The notes: a model not told the origin generated them from the sequence alone. A stretch of DNA of 64,000 nt from Puniceicoccales bacterium (GCA_031268175.1 JAIRXR010000011.1:149229-213228), one strand, 5' to 3'; shown: positions 48,153 to 59,126, counted from the first letter of the stretch. Translations and numbers: made by a program.

Positions 48153-49433
48153 ATGAAACTGGTTTTCGAGAAAAAAGGCGGAAAATTGGCATGGTTTGCG
48201 TGGATAGCCGCGGTTGTTTTTTACCTTTACGAATATTTGGTTCGCGTCGCACCGAGCGTAATGGAGAGTGAATTGGCCAAGCAATTTTCCGCGTCCGCTG
48301 CGACGATGGGAATGGGCGTCGCAACCTACTACTTCATCTACGCACCGCTGCAGCTTTTCGCCGGAATAATGTTCGATAAGTTTGGCGGCAGGACGATTCT
48401 CGTTCCAGCTTCCATCATCGTCGTGGTCGGATGCCTAGTTCCAATAATACCGTCGAATTCGCTTATCTGTGTGGCCGCCGGAAGGACTTTGGCAGGCATT
48501 GGGTCCAGCTTCGCGTTCATCGGCGTCATGTACCTGGCCTCCGTCTGGTTCTACGACCACAGGTTGGCGTTCCTGTCCGGACTCGCCACGTCATTCGGCA
48601 TCTTTGGCGCGCTCCTTGGGCAGAGGCCGCTTTCCTTTTTCGTCGATCACATCGGATGGAAAATGTCCTTCGTTCTCATGGCCATCGTCGGAGTGATCGT
48701 AACGATGCTGCTCTCGTCGCACATTCCTGACACTCCGCATTGGGAGCTGGAAAAAAGGGCCGCCATCTCCGACGCTCCATCCATTAAAAATTTTCTCTCC
48801 GGATTAATTTCCGTGTGCAAAAACAGGCAAACGTGGATAATTGGCGCAGTTGGCGCGTGTCTGTATGCCCCGCTCGTGATATTCGGTGATCTCTGGGGCG
48901 TGCGATACGTGGAAACATCCTTCGCGGCGTCCAAGGCCAAGGCGGCTGAAGCAGTCGCCATGCTTTACATCGGATGGCTCGTTGGTGGGCCGCTGGTTGG
49001 CCTGCTGTCGGACATTGTAAAATGCCGAAGAAAACTTCTCATAGGCGGGTGCTTCCTGAGCACAATTTTATTCGCTGCCGCGCTGCTGCTACCGATAAAG
49101 ACCATATTCACATTCGGAGTGTTTCTATTCTTGGCCGGAGTGTGCTCCAGTCCGGAGGTTATTTGCTTTGTGGCAAGCCTGGAATCGAATGCTGCCGAGG
49201 CAAAGGGTAGCGCCGTCGCCGTTGTAAACATGATCGTCATGCTTGTCGGCGGACTGTTTCAGCCGATAGTTGGGTGGCTTATGGAGCTGAATTTTTCGCA
49301 CACCGCGCATGGCGTATCCCACGAAGCATTTCGCAATGCCCTACTCACGATGCCAATATTGACGTTCGTCGGCATGATGCTCGCCCTATCCATAAAAAGG
49401 GAAGCCGGCGAAGGTAAGTTCATAGGCGTGTGA
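48153..49433 (+). CDS. MFS transporter
   Basis: Twelve predicted TM helices, an MFS-type GRxxAG loop (AAGRTLAGIG), 426 aa. Confidence 0.8.
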   Translation: MKLVFEKKGGKLAWFAWIAAVVFYLYEYLVRVAPSVMESELAKQFSASAATMGMGVATYYFIYAPLQLFAGIMFDKFGGRTILVPASIIVVVGCLVPIIPSNSLICVAAGRTLAGIGSSFAFIGVMYLASVWFYDHRLAFLSGLATSFGIFGALLGQRPLSFFVDHIGWKMSFVLMAIVGVIVTMLLSSHIPDTPHWELEKRAAISDAPSIKNFLSGLISVCKNRQTWIIGAVGACLYAPLVIFGDLWGVRYVETSFAASKAKAAEAVAMLYIGWLVGGPLVGLLSDIVKCRRKLLIGGCFLSTILFAAALLLPIKTIFTFGVFLFLAGVCSSPEVICFVASLESNAAEAKGSAVAVVNMIVMLVGGLFQPIVGWLMELNFSHTAHGVSHEAFRNALLTMPILTFVGMMLALSIKREAGEGKFIGV

Positions 49434-49472
49434 TCTTGTCTTGCGAAACGCGCTTCAAATAGCATTAATTCC

Positions 49473-50882
49473 GTGGCATTGGATGCGCGCTTAACAATTC
49501 AAAAATTCAAAGGGCTTGCGGAGCGCCGCGTGTTCGATGTTGTTCTGTGGATCTGCAATGAGCTCATCGGCGCCGGAGCTAGGCCATACCTCGTCGGCGG
49601 ATGTGTGCGTGACGCGATTCTTGGAGCGGCGTTGACCGATTTCGACGTGGAGGTTTTTTCCATGCCATTCGGCGAAGTTGAAAAAATTTTGTCGAAAAAA
49701 TTTACCATCGAAAAGACCGGCAAGGCATTCTGCGTGCTTAAGTTACGCGAATTCCCCATCGACGTCTCCGTGCCGCGCTTGGAGGTAAAGTCCGGAAGCG
49801 GGCACAGGGATTTTTCCGTCGACCAACTCGGCGAATGCAACGTAAAAATCGCCGCCGAACGGCGCGATTTTACAATAAACGCCACGTACTTCGACGTCAA
49901 AGGCGAAAAAATCATCGATGCATTTGATGGCATCGGGGACATGGCATCGCGCACGCTGCGACACGTTGGCGAAAAATTCTCCGAAGATCCGCTGCGCGTG
50001 CTGCGCGGCATGCAACTTGCCGGAAGGTTTAATCTGGTGGCGGACAGGGAAACCATCGCACTATGCCGAGGGCTTTCCATTCGTTCCATCTCAAGTGAAC
50101 GCATCTTCTTCGAATGGAAAAAACTAATACTCCAGGCGGAAACGCCATCGCTCGGTTTAAAGTTTTTGGAGGACTCCGGCTGGCTGAAATTTTTCCCAGA
50201 GATTGGAGCACTCGCGCAGTGCATGCAGGATAGTGATGCTCACCCCGAAGGGTCCGTCTTCGTGCATACCTGCATGGCGCTTGACGCGTTCGCTAAGGCG
50301 AGGATTGGGGATGAACTGGAGGATCTTATTCTCGGATTCGCCACGCTGTGCCACGACTTCGGCAAGCCCTATGTGACGACGCACGACAGCCGCGGCATTC
50401 ACCACTATGACCACGACAAAGCCGGCGTGGAACCGGCGACGCAATTCCTACAATCGATCAACGCTCCAAAGTACCTTATTGAAGCCGTTTCTCCGCTGAT
50501 TTTGTGGCACATGGTGCCCAGATTCCTCTACGGGAAAAGTCGCTCCGATGGTGATGTGCTGCGTCTGGCGAACCGCGTTGGTCGCATAGACCGCCTGCTG
50601 CGCCTGTGCTTCGCCGACTTCGCGGGCCGTGCGAATTGGCGGGAAAGGTATGATCCAGGCATGGAGGAGTGGCTTGGGAGTACGGCCCGTAGACTCGGCG
50701 TATTTTCAAGCAAACCGGCCCCACTAATCCAGGGTCGCCACCTGGTCGAATTTGGGGTGGCACCGTCGGAAAAATTTTCCAGAATACTGGACGAGTGTTT
50801 CGAGGCCCAGTTGAATTGCGAATTTGTTGATCTTTCGAGTGGGCTGGCATACTTGCAAAAAGCCATGCGGTGCTACGATTGA
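49473..50882 (+). CDS. cca: CCA tRNA nucleotidyltransferase (class II, with HD domain)
   Basis: LVGGCVRD and RRDFTINA nucleotidyltransferase motifs, and an HD motif (LCHDFGK) in the C-terminal half. Confidence 0.8.
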   Translation: MALDARLTIQKFKGLAERRVFDVVLWICNELIGAGARPYLVGGCVRDAILGAALTDFDVEVFSMPFGEVEKILSKKFTIEKTGKAFCVLKLREFPIDVSVPRLEVKSGSGHRDFSVDQLGECNVKIAAERRDFTINATYFDVKGEKIIDAFDGIGDMASRTLRHVGEKFSEDPLRVLRGMQLAGRFNLVADRETIALCRGLSIRSISSERIFFEWKKLILQAETPSLGLKFLEDSGWLKFFPEIGALAQCMQDSDAHPEGSVFVHTCMALDAFAKARIGDELEDLILGFATLCHDFGKPYVTTHDSRGIHHYDHDKAGVEPATQFLQSINAPKYLIEAVSPLILWHMVPRFLYGKSRSDGDVLRLANRVGRIDRLLRLCFADFAGRANWRERYDPGMEEWLGSTARRLGVFSSKPAPLIQGRHLVEFGVAPSEKFSRILDECFEAQLNCEFVDLSSGLAYLQKAMRCYD

Positions 50883-50884
50883 CG

Positions 50885-51739
50885 ATGAAAGCAAGGAAAA
50901 GATTTGCGGAAAATTGCATCCCGGTAAAATTCGGAAAGCGCAGCACAATCGCTACATTCGTCCCACTGCTTGCCGTTGGACTGCTGCTTCTCTCCATGCC
51001 GACCTCTTCAAAAAATTGCATCGCCGAAGCGTTTAAGCATGCCCAAGCCCCCGTCTACGCAGCGACAATACAGTGGGAAAGGCTGGTGAACACGCTCAGG
51101 ACCAGTGCCATTCCAAGGGCAAAACTGGTGGCGTTTTGCGAAGATCTTCTCAGGGAAAACGAACTGCTCAGATTGCAATTGGCAGCTGCCGATGAAAAAC
51201 GCAGTGCAAATGCCGCCGCGGAGGCGCGCAAAATCGGCAATTTTACCGTGATACCGGCGAAGGTAATCCGCCGTGACATCGCCACTTGGGCCAGTGAATT
51301 GCTGATCAACAGCGGATCGGCCGATGGAATTCGCGCTGGCATGGGCGTAATTTCGCAAAATCGCGTGGTAGGCCGCGTAAAATCAGTGAACTCCAAAACG
51401 GCCACCGTCGAATTGCTCACATCTCCACAGTTCAGAATGGTCGTCCACGCAGCCGTGGATTCGGAAATGTCGCCCATAATCTTCACAGGCGGCAGTGGGA
51501 ATATCTTTGGAAAATCGAATGGCACGGTGACCAACGTCCCGCCAAATTTTTCGCGAAACGGCGAAAAAATAGCGCTCGTCACATCGGAACTTTCAGGAAT
51601 TTTTCCAAAAAACATCGCCGTTGGTGTGATAGACTACCCGGGACATAGCGAAGGAAATTGTTCCATTGGCGTGATCTTGAACGGCGAAGCGCTATCGAAG
51701 ATACGCGAAGTTGCGGTTCTAGCAAACGACGGAGACTAA
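50885..51739 (+). CDS. mreC: rod shape-determining protein MreC
   Basis: An N-terminal TM, a coiled coil (ENELLRLQLAAAD), then beta-rich repeats (VIPAKVI..., GEKIALVTSELSGIFPKNIAVGVI). The ATG at 50885 follows the cca stop (track ORF from 50870). Confidence 0.7.
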   Translation: MKARKRFAENCIPVKFGKRSTIATFVPLLAVGLLLLSMPTSSKNCIAEAFKHAQAPVYAATIQWERLVNTLRTSAIPRAKLVAFCEDLLRENELLRLQLAAADEKRSANAAAEARKIGNFTVIPAKVIRRDIATWASELLINSGSADGIRAGMGVISQNRVVGRVKSVNSKTATVELLTSPQFRMVVHAAVDSEMSPIIFTGGSGNIFGKSNGTVTNVPPNFSRNGEKIALVTSELSGIFPKNIAVGVIDYPGHSEGNCSIGVILNGEALSKIREVAVLANDGD

Positions 51740-51741
51740 CC

Positions 51742-52260
51742 ATGTCAGCTTTTTTCTTCGCCACTCTGCACTACTCCACGCTAATTTTCTGCCAATTTTT
51801 CAACAACGCGACCCAATACCCGAGCGCATTGATCGTTCCGGTTGGGCTACTCATCCACGACCACGGAGATTATTTGGGACCAATCGGCGGGACAATTCTG
51901 TGCCTAGCGATTGGGTTGCTGCTCGATGCAACATTCTGGTTTTTGCCATTTGGATTCAGCGTAATTTTTTGCCTCTTCTTTCACTGTGCGCGAAAGCTAC
52001 TGGCAAACGCCGCAGCCGACAAAGCGATCCGCCATCGCATTGCCTGCGAGCAGCTCGCAAATATTTTGTACGTATTTTTTCTATTTGCCCTCGGAAGTGG
52101 ACCTTTTCCCGTGAGCAAATTTTTGGCAACGGCGGCACTGTCACAGGCAGCTGTGTTTTTTAGTTCGGGCCCAATGGCGCGGGCGCACGTAAAAATTGCG
52201 TCATTCTGCGACGGCTACGCAAAGTATGGCCGTCGGACAATCAAAAATTCGTTCCGTTGA
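51742..52260 (+). CDS. mreD: rod shape-determining protein MreD
   Basis: A 172-aa polytopic membrane protein starting 3 nt after the mreC stop, which is the canonical mreC-mreD order. The assignment rests on position and size. Confidence 0.5.
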   Translation: MSAFFFATLHYSTLIFCQFFNNATQYPSALIVPVGLLIHDHGDYLGPIGGTILCLAIGLLLDATFWFLPFGFSVIFCLFFHCARKLLANAAADKAIRHRIACEQLANILYVFFLFALGSGPFPVSKFLATAALSQAAVFFSSGPMARAHVKIASFCDGYAKYGRRTIKNSFR

Positions 52261-53053
52261 AGCTGATTCTTCCGAAGCTCTTCCTGGAATTTGCAAAGAG
52301 GAAATCCTTCGCTTTCGCCCGGTCCTTCGACGCCACGGCGTCGAATTTTTGAGCATCTCTCCCCTGGAAAGCGCGTAGTGTGACATCCAGAAATATCAAT
52401 TCTCCTGGTACTGTTAGTGATTTTCCAGATTTTTGATATGCCAACGCGCCGCCGAAGAAAATCATCCGTTCGTTCGAGGCGGTCATGAAAATTTTTCCAT
52501 TACGCTTCTTCACGGCGGCGCGAATTTTGAAATCGGAGAGTACAGTGTCGAATTTGCGAACCTGTTTGCAGGATTGGTCAGCGCCGTCGAAAAACTTTTT
52601 AAATGACGATCCATTGGCCAGCGCACCCTGCAGCGACAGCGTGGTGGTCGCATCGAGCAAAATCCTCGAAACTTCAACTTTTCCAGCTCCCAATTGGAGA
52701 ACGTCGTAGCACAGAGCCCTCGTCACGCTGGGCTCGCCGTTGTCGGCGACCGTCGCGAAGCAGAATATGGCGATGCCTTTGCCGTCGTCTCTTGCGCAAA
52801 TTTCAAAAATTGGCTGATTCTTGTCCAGCATGACAACCGACTCGAAATCGGTCCTCATGCCCTTTAACAGCGCGTGCAATGCGCAGTCGACGCCCCTAGC
52901 CTCTTCCATCGATTTCGCATTTTCAGCGGAAACATTGACGAGCTTTCCCCCTAGAAACACCACAACTACCACGATGCTCAGCGCTAGAATCACCTCGAAT
53001 AGCGAAAAAGCTCTACCTTTTCCAACTCCCAAACTACAAAATCCCTTTGACAT
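52241..53053 (-). CDS. prepilin-type N-terminal cleavage/methylation domain protein (pseudopilin-like)
   Basis: The N-terminal GKGRAFSLFEVILALSIVVVVVFL matches the class III signal (F-S-L-x-E with Glu+5) plus a hydrophobic helix. The remainder is a beta-rich periplasmic domain. Confidence 0.55.
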   Translation of the reverse strand: MSKGFCSLGVGKGRAFSLFEVILALSIVVVVVFLGGKLVNVSAENAKSMEEARGVDCALHALLKGMRTDFESVVMLDKNQPIFEICARDDGKGIAIFCFATVADNGEPSVTRALCYDVLQLGAGKVEVSRILLDATTTLSLQGALANGSSFKKFFDGADQSCKQVRKFDTVLSDFKIRAAVKKRNGKIFMTASNERMIFFGGALAYQKSGKSLTVPGELIFLDVTLRAFQGRDAQKFDAVASKDRAKAKDFLFANSRKSFGRISFNGTNF

Positions 53054-53188
53054 ATCTTAACCCTCTACCACTCGAGCTATAATAGCAAAACTTAAATTAG
53101 TCAAACAAATATTTTCATAAAAATTTACAACAAAATGTTTTTTATTGTAACATTGCGAAAATTATGCTGTTTCAATTGAAGCGGGCGC

Positions 53189-55003
53189 ATGGTAGACATT
53201 GAAAATTTAACCCACAGAATTGGAAGCAGAATATTGTTTGAAAATGCTACGCTCCATCTTCCGCAATGCGGCAAGATTGGGCTCGTCGGCCCAAACGGAT
53301 GCGGGAAAACGACACTATTTCGCATTATCCTCGGGCAGGAGGAGATCGATGGCGGAGAAATCTACATAAAAAATACCGCCAAACTCGTGTGCGTGAAACA
53401 GGAAATCGAAGACGTCGAAATTTCCCCGCTCGACCTGGTCATGGAAGCCGACGTGGAACTTATCGGGCTGCGGAAAATTATGAATAGCGAATCGCATGCA
53501 ACGGCGGAAGAGCTGGCCAATGCATGGGACAGATATGGCGCTATTGGAGGATATTCTGCGGAAGCGCGCGCCGCCGGCATACTGGCGGGGCTCGGATTTA
53601 AACAAAGTGACATGCGGAAGAAAATTGGAGAGCTTTCCGGCGGCTGGCAGGTGAGGGCCTCCCTTGCCGCAACGCTATTTGCACCATCGGACTGCCTGCT
53701 GCTCGACGAACCCACCAATCACCTGGACTTCGAAACGGCAATGTGGCTGGAAAATTACTTGGAAAAAACGGACAAGATGATCCTGATGATTTCCCATGAA
53801 AGGCAATTTCTCAACAAAATTTGCAACCACATAGTTGCCATACACGGCAGGCAGCTGCAGCTGTTCAAGGGAAACTACGATACCTACGTCGACACGCGGG
53901 ACAAGCGGGAGATTGCACTCACGAGAAACATCGAAAATTTGCAAAAGAAGCGGGACCACATGCAGAGTTTCATCGATCGCTTCGGTGCGAAGGCGACAAA
54001 AGCCAGGCAGGCACAGAGCATGGCAAAAATGATAAAAAAAATGGAAATTCCCGAAATGCCGGAATCCGCCTATTCGGTAAAGCTGTCGTTTCCACAGCCA
54101 AAGCCGCAAGTCGACCGCAAGCTGATAACTCTTGAGGATGTTTCCGCCGGCTACGGCCGCAAAGTCGTGTTGAGCGCTGTTGATCTCTGCGTAAGCTACG
54201 GCGACAGAATCGCGCTGCTTGGGGCCAACGGCAATGGCAAGTCCACGCTAGCAAAGGTACTGGCTGGAAGACTGCTCCCAATATCCGGGGATGTGATTCG
54301 CGGACGCAGCGTCAAAATTTCATACTTTTCCCAGCAGCAAGCGGACGAATTGGACGTGGCAAAAACTCCCGTGGCAACCCTGCGCGGCACCGTCCGAGAA
54401 TTTTCCGAGACGCAGGCTCGGGCCCATTTGGCGAGATTCGGCATAACGCAAGCGCGCGCCGAGACCCCAATAGGAAATTTATCAGGCGGGGAAAAATCGC
54501 GCGTGCTACTGTCGATAAATTCGCTGTCTAGCCCCCATGCCATGATCCTCGATGAGCCGACGAATCACCTGGACATCGAGGCCCGCGGAGCTCTAGTGGA
54601 CGCCATCGGCCAATACGAAGGGGCGGTAATTTTGATCACACACGATTTCTACGCGCTGGCCAAAATTTGCAGCAAATTTTTCATAGTTGCCGAAGAAAAA
54701 TGTACGCCATTCAATGGCTCCATTGATTACTACCGAAAATCTTTGCTTACTGAAGACGGTGAGCGAATCGCCGAGTCGGCAAATGGCAGAAAAAATATCG
54801 AAAGCGGCGCACAAAGTGACACCCAAAGGCGGCGCAGGGAACTTGCGGCGCTGGAAAGGAAAATCTCCGCAGCGGAATCGAAAAAGCGAAAATTGGAAAG
54901 TCTTCTCTGCCGGTCCAATGAAGCGGAAGCGCACGACTCGTACGCCGCCTGTTGCAAAGAACTGTCCGAGCTGGAGGACAAATGGCTGAAGCTAAGCGCA
55001 TGA
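53189..55003 (+). CDS. ABC-F family ATPase (Uup/EttA/YheS-like)
   Basis: Two tandem ABC domains, each with Walker A (GPNGCGKTT, GANGNGKST) and LSGG signature motifs, a linker and a C-terminal coiled coil. No TM domain. Confidence 0.85.
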   Translation: MVDIENLTHRIGSRILFENATLHLPQCGKIGLVGPNGCGKTTLFRIILGQEEIDGGEIYIKNTAKLVCVKQEIEDVEISPLDLVMEADVELIGLRKIMNSESHATAEELANAWDRYGAIGGYSAEARAAGILAGLGFKQSDMRKKIGELSGGWQVRASLAATLFAPSDCLLLDEPTNHLDFETAMWLENYLEKTDKMILMISHERQFLNKICNHIVAIHGRQLQLFKGNYDTYVDTRDKREIALTRNIENLQKKRDHMQSFIDRFGAKATKARQAQSMAKMIKKMEIPEMPESAYSVKLSFPQPKPQVDRKLITLEDVSAGYGRKVVLSAVDLCVSYGDRIALLGANGNGKSTLAKVLAGRLLPISGDVIRGRSVKISYFSQQQADELDVAKTPVATLRGTVREFSETQARAHLARFGITQARAETPIGNLSGGEKSRVLLSINSLSSPHAMILDEPTNHLDIEARGALVDAIGQYEGAVILITHDFYALAKICSKFFIVAEEKCTPFNGSIDYYRKSLLTEDGERIAESANGRKNIESGAQSDTQRRRRELAALERKISAAESKKRKLESLLCRSNEAEAHDSYAACCKELSELEDKWLKLSA

Positions 55004-55061
55004 CCGCTAGCCACCTTTCAGCTAAAAATTTTCCCGGCGAAATCGGGTAGCACCTAGCAGA

Positions 55062-56609
55062 TTAGTCAATCGTTTTTTTTCGCGCCGAGAAAGCGCGACG
55101 GATGAGTCTGCGGCACAGGAATAAATACGCCGGTGGTGCCAGAGCCCCCGCCAGGGCAACGGAGACCACGTCGCCAACTTTTTTACCGCATGGCAAGTAT
55201 GATTTCACGAAAAATCTTGCGCCAGCAGCAAGGAGTGCCACGGCGGCGCAGCCGTATAATATGGGAGCGCAGCCCTTGAATTTTTCCGCAAAGGACGCCC
55301 CATTCACCTTCCTTCTGAACAGTACAGCCAGGCAAATCGCCTGCAAGACTGCGGCGCAACCCATCGCCATGGCCAACCCAACGACGCCAAATGGGCCGAC
55401 GAATGTGAGCGCAAGCGTGGCGTTAGTAGCCAGTGCCGCGAAGCCGACAAAGGCCGGCGTTTTCATATCCTTCAACGCGTGAAATCCGCGAATCAGGAGC
55501 GTCGAAGCACCGGCAAATACCATGCTGCAGCAGTAGGCCGCGACGATTGGGACAACGCTTGCGACGTTTCCCGAAGAAAAATTACCGCGTTCAAAGAATA
55601 CTGAGAGGATTTCCCGCCTCAGCATAAATAGCCCGATGGCGGACGGCAGCAAAATCCACAGCAGGGCCACGAGGCATGAATCGAACGCTGCGCCCATCGT
55701 CTCCTTCGATTTTGCGCTGGCGATTTTTGCCATGTCTGGGAAGAAAACCGTTCCAATGGCCAGCGCGAAAATGCCTGTCGGCAATTCCACAAGGCGAACT
55801 GCGACGTAGAGCAACGTCACAGCCGGGGCAAAAAATCGGTAGGCGATGAATCGAGACACCAGCACGTTGAGCTGCTCAATGGACGCACCGAATGTCCCTG
55901 GGAGAAATAATCTCCAAACGTCGGCCAGTCCTTCCTTCAGATTTTCCGTTTCACCAAGCGAAGGGCGCCAGCCGAGTGCGAACATGGCGGCAAGGGGCAT
56001 CGCCAGTTGGACAAATCCACCGACCAGCACACCGACTACCAGGCAGTGCACCAATGGCAATCCCTCAAGTCGAAAGCAAAGGCCCCCAATCAGCAGGGAT
56101 AAAATCATCGAAATGTTCATCCAAACCTGATTGATGGATGATACGAAAAATTTACCGAGAACATTCAGCGCCGCCGAAACAATGGCAGCCAAGCACACGA
56201 AAATCATGTATGGCAACAGCGCGGCTGCAAACGATAGCGCCATTGACCACTTGGCATCTGCAACCGCACCATCGGCAACGGCGACGGCGACGTAGGTTAG
56301 TGCCAAAATGCAGCACAGCATAATGGCCAATCGCCAAATCACGTGGCTGAATAGTTTGAACATCGAATTTTTTCCGTACCTAACGTACTGCGCCGATAGG
56401 ACTGGAATCACGGCCGATGCTAGAGTCCCTTCGCCCAGCAGCCTGCGTAAAAGGTTTGGAAAACTAAACGCCAGCAGGAATGCCGCACCGATCTCGGATA
56501 TGCCGAAAAAGGAAACGAATGTCGCGTCGCGCAAATACCCAAACACACGGGAGACAACTGTCATGCTCGACACAATCGACACGTTTTTCAGTGTGCTACT
56601 TTTTTCCAT
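55062..56609 (-). CDS. murJ: lipid II flippase
   Basis: The N-terminal SRVFGYLRDATFVSFFGIS...DAF...FPNLLRRLLGEG matches the MurJ/MviN consensus. Fourteen TM helices, 515 aa. Confidence 0.85.
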   Translation of the reverse strand: MEKSSTLKNVSIVSSMTVVSRVFGYLRDATFVSFFGISEIGAAFLLAFSFPNLLRRLLGEGTLASAVIPVLSAQYVRYGKNSMFKLFSHVIWRLAIMLCCILALTYVAVAVADGAVADAKWSMALSFAAALLPYMIFVCLAAIVSAALNVLGKFFVSSINQVWMNISMILSLLIGGLCFRLEGLPLVHCLVVGVLVGGFVQLAMPLAAMFALGWRPSLGETENLKEGLADVWRLFLPGTFGASIEQLNVLVSRFIAYRFFAPAVTLLYVAVRLVELPTGIFALAIGTVFFPDMAKIASAKSKETMGAAFDSCLVALLWILLPSAIGLFMLRREILSVFFERGNFSSGNVASVVPIVAAYCCSMVFAGASTLLIRGFHALKDMKTPAFVGFAALATNATLALTFVGPFGVVGLAMAMGCAAVLQAICLAVLFRRKVNGASFAEKFKGCAPILYGCAAVALLAAGARFFVKSYLPCGKKVGDVVSVALAGALAPPAYLFLCRRLIRRAFSARKKTID

Positions 56610-57168
56610 ATATCAACGCGTTCGGCTGCCTGGAGTTACCAGCCCTTCCGAGCCGCTTCAGCGCAACGATTCCATCCACATCGCCCGGATCGTAGGATCC
56701 AGGAACCTCGAAAATAAGCCTCGAATCAGCGGAATCCTTTAAAAATTTTGAAAATACCGCGAGCAACCCACTTCCGCCGCCTTCCACCACGTTATATGGC
56801 GGATCGATGAAAATGATGTCGAATTCGGCGGTGCAACTCTGCGCAAAGACTAGGACATCCTGGCACAGGATCTTCGCCGTAAAGCTTCGCGCGGAGGATT
56901 TTCTGACCTTCCCGAGGTTATTTCCAATGGCATCGGCGGCCAGACGGCTTTTCTCAACGAAGACGCACGCCTCCGCCCCCCGACTGAGGGCCTCAAGGCC
57001 GTAATTCCCAACGCCGGCAAAAAGGTCCAGGGCGAACGCCCGCTGCGTTCTCTGCCACATTGATGAAAAAATCGCCTCCCGCAAAAAATCGGTGGATGGC
57101 CGCAAATACTCCACACCTCTTGGCACGTCCAGCAATATGCCGCGGGCGCTTCCGCCTGTAATTCGCAT
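56596..57168 (-). CDS. rsmD: 16S rRNA (guanine966-N2)-methyltransferase
   Basis: RITGGSARG...RPSTDFLREA...LDLFAGVGNYGLEALSRGA...DPPY matches the RsmD motifs. Confidence 0.8.
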   Translation of the reverse strand: MRITGGSARGILLDVPRGVEYLRPSTDFLREAIFSSMWQRTQRAFALDLFAGVGNYGLEALSRGAEACVFVEKSRLAADAIGNNLGKVRKSSARSFTAKILCQDVLVFAQSCTAEFDIIFIDPPYNVVEGGGSGLLAVFSKFLKDSADSRLIFEVPGSYDPGDVDGIVALKRLGRAGNSRQPNALIYGKK

Positions 57169-57199
57169 TTCAATTGATTGGTGATGATTTTACTAAAAA

Positions 57200-57994
57200 T
57201 TACGACATTTTTTCGGAAAATCTCGAAATTTTTTTCGCCAACCCGGAACTGGTAGCGACGTAAATGATCGCTCCATTCAGCCGGACATCTTCGGTCGCCA
57301 CAGCAAATTTCTGCGGCATCCCAAGCCTGATGCTGTGAAGAACGGGCAAAATTTCGCGCCCGATTACCGACTCGTGGGATCCGCACATCCCGAGATCGGA
57401 AATGTAGGCTGTCCCCTTTGGCAGGACTCGCTCGTCGGCGGTTTGAACATGGGTGTGGGTTCCGACGACTGCGGAAACCTTGCCGTCGAAGTGCCAACCG
57501 AATGCAATCTTTTCCGATGTGGCCTCGGCGTGTATTTCTGCCAGGAAAACGTCGACGTTTCCACCGCTGCTTTTCAAAATTCGCTCCGCGGCTTCGAAGG
57601 GACAGGCAGCGTTTATTTTCATGAACAGCCTACCAAGAACCACGCAAACGCCGATTTTAACACCCTTTCTTTCAAAAACTACGAAGGTGCGCCCCGGGCA
57701 TTCATTCGGCAAATTCGCCGGGCGGCACACGTATTCCAGCGCATCGATGTCCCGTTCGAAACCGTGCCTATCCCAGATGTGGTCGCCGAGTGTTATCACG
57801 TCCACGCCGGCACCGTGGAGCAGTTCGGCGTGTTCGCGAGTTATTCCAGCTCCGGAAGTGGCATTTTCTCCGTTGGCAACGACGACGTCAATGTCATGGG
57901 TCCTCCGCATGCTCGCCAGGCTGCTGGCTATGAACTCCCGCGCCGGTCGGCCGACGACGTCTCCCAAGTATAAAACTTTCAGCGAAGATTGCAC
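57200..57994 (-). CDS. YmdB-like metallophosphoesterase (TIGR00282 family)
   Basis: VLYLGDVVGRPAR...ANGENATSGAGIT...GDHIWD matches YmdB-family metal-binding motifs. Confidence 0.75.
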   Translation of the reverse strand: MQSSLKVLYLGDVVGRPAREFIASSLASMRRTHDIDVVVANGENATSGAGITREHAELLHGAGVDVITLGDHIWDRHGFERDIDALEYVCRPANLPNECPGRTFVVFERKGVKIGVCVVLGRLFMKINAACPFEAAERILKSSGGNVDVFLAEIHAEATSEKIAFGWHFDGKVSAVVGTHTHVQTADERVLPKGTAYISDLGMCGSHESVIGREILPVLHSIRLGMPQKFAVATEDVRLNGAIIYVATSSGLAKKISRFSEKMS

Positions 57995-58055
57995 TTGTCT
58001 TTGCCTGCTGGAAGAAAGAACTATCGCAAAATATTACTAAGTACACCAAAAAAGA

Positions 58056-59126
58056 ATGGAAAAATTTTTACCCATTTTCATAGTGCGGTGGATGTCTTTT
58101 TTGAAGAAATTTTTACGCGGCGTGGCAGTCGCTATCATTTTCTCATTCCCGGAAATCCCAAACGCAAACGCCGGCGGCGAAGAACCGGCTGCTCGCGAAA
58201 TACAGGCACCGATTGGGCAGGGCTCCAGGGATTTTTCAATGCCTGTCTATGCCAATGACATAGCGGCTATTGTTAACAACGAAATAATAACGATGACCAG
58301 ATTGATGAGGGAAATCGCACCGCTCATTCCGCGCATTCGTGCGGAATCGAGGTCTCAGGAAGAATTTCAAAGAAAAATGCGCCAGTACCAGGAGATGGTG
58401 CTCAATGCCTTCATCGAGAGGGTTCTCATCGTCTCGGACTTCAAATCAAAGGGAGGCAAAATTCCGGATACCTACGAAAAAAAGGAGTACGAAGCGTTCA
58501 TCCGCAGCAGGTTCAACGACGATAGGGTGGCGTTCGCGAAGCATCTGCGGGAGAGCGGAGAGTCCGTCAGGGAGTTCAAAAGAGACATCAGTGAGCATGC
58601 CATAGTTAGCTTCGTCCTAATGGGGGAGCTAAGAGCAAAAAATGAAATAAGCCCGGCGAAAATTAGGGAATACTATGACGAACATATCCATGATTTCATC
58701 GTCGATCGGCAAATCTACGTCCGCAAAATCACGCTGCTGAAAAGCAACTACGGAGAAGACGAGCTGCAAGCAAAATTGGCGGAACTTGCCAGTGCGATCA
58801 GATCCGGCGATGACATTCAGTTTCTGGTAAAGAAATTCAACGACTTGCCGATGACGCAGATCGGGTGGATTTCCGCCGACCAAATGATCCCGGAGTTCGC
58901 CAATGCTCTGCGCGGCCTGCAAGTCGGAGAATTTACCGCGCCAATCACCCTGGACAGCAAGGTGTACGTGCTGTACGCAGCGGATGAAAAACCGGCGAAA
59001 AAATTCACCCTCGACGAAGTGCGCGATGACATTGAAAAAATTTTGGCGGCGAAGTACCAGGCCGAGGCGAAGGATAAGTACATGAAAAAATTGAAGGAAA
59101 AGGCGTACATAAAAGTCTTTCTGTAG
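58056..59126 (+). CDS. SurA/PrsA-like periplasmic peptidyl-prolyl isomerase (PpiC-type)
   Basis: A signal peptide, a SurA N-terminal chaperone-like helical region and a parvulin-like segment (GWISADQMIPEFANAL...GEFTAPI). Confidence 0.6.
   Translation: MEKFLPIFIVRWMSFLKKFLRGVAVAIIFSFPEIPNANAGGEEPAAREIQAPIGQGSRDFSMPVYANDIAAIVNNEIITMTRLMREIAPLIPRIRAESRSQEEFQRKMRQYQEMVLNAFIERVLIVSDFKSKGGKIPDTYEKKEYEAFIRSRFNDDRVAFAKHLRESGESVREFKRDISEHAIVSFVLMGELRAKNEISPAKIREYYDEHIHDFIVDRQIYVRKITLLKSNYGEDELQAKLAELASAIRSGDDIQFLVKKFNDLPMTQIGWISADQMIPEFANALRGLQVGEFTAPITLDSKVYVLYAADEKPAKKFTLDEVRDDIEKILAAKYQAEAKDKYMKKLKEKAYIKVFL

Noticed and set aside
50476-51615. 181-aa and 186-aa minus-strand ORFs
   Set aside because: They are antisense to cca and mreC. 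These are shadow ORFs.
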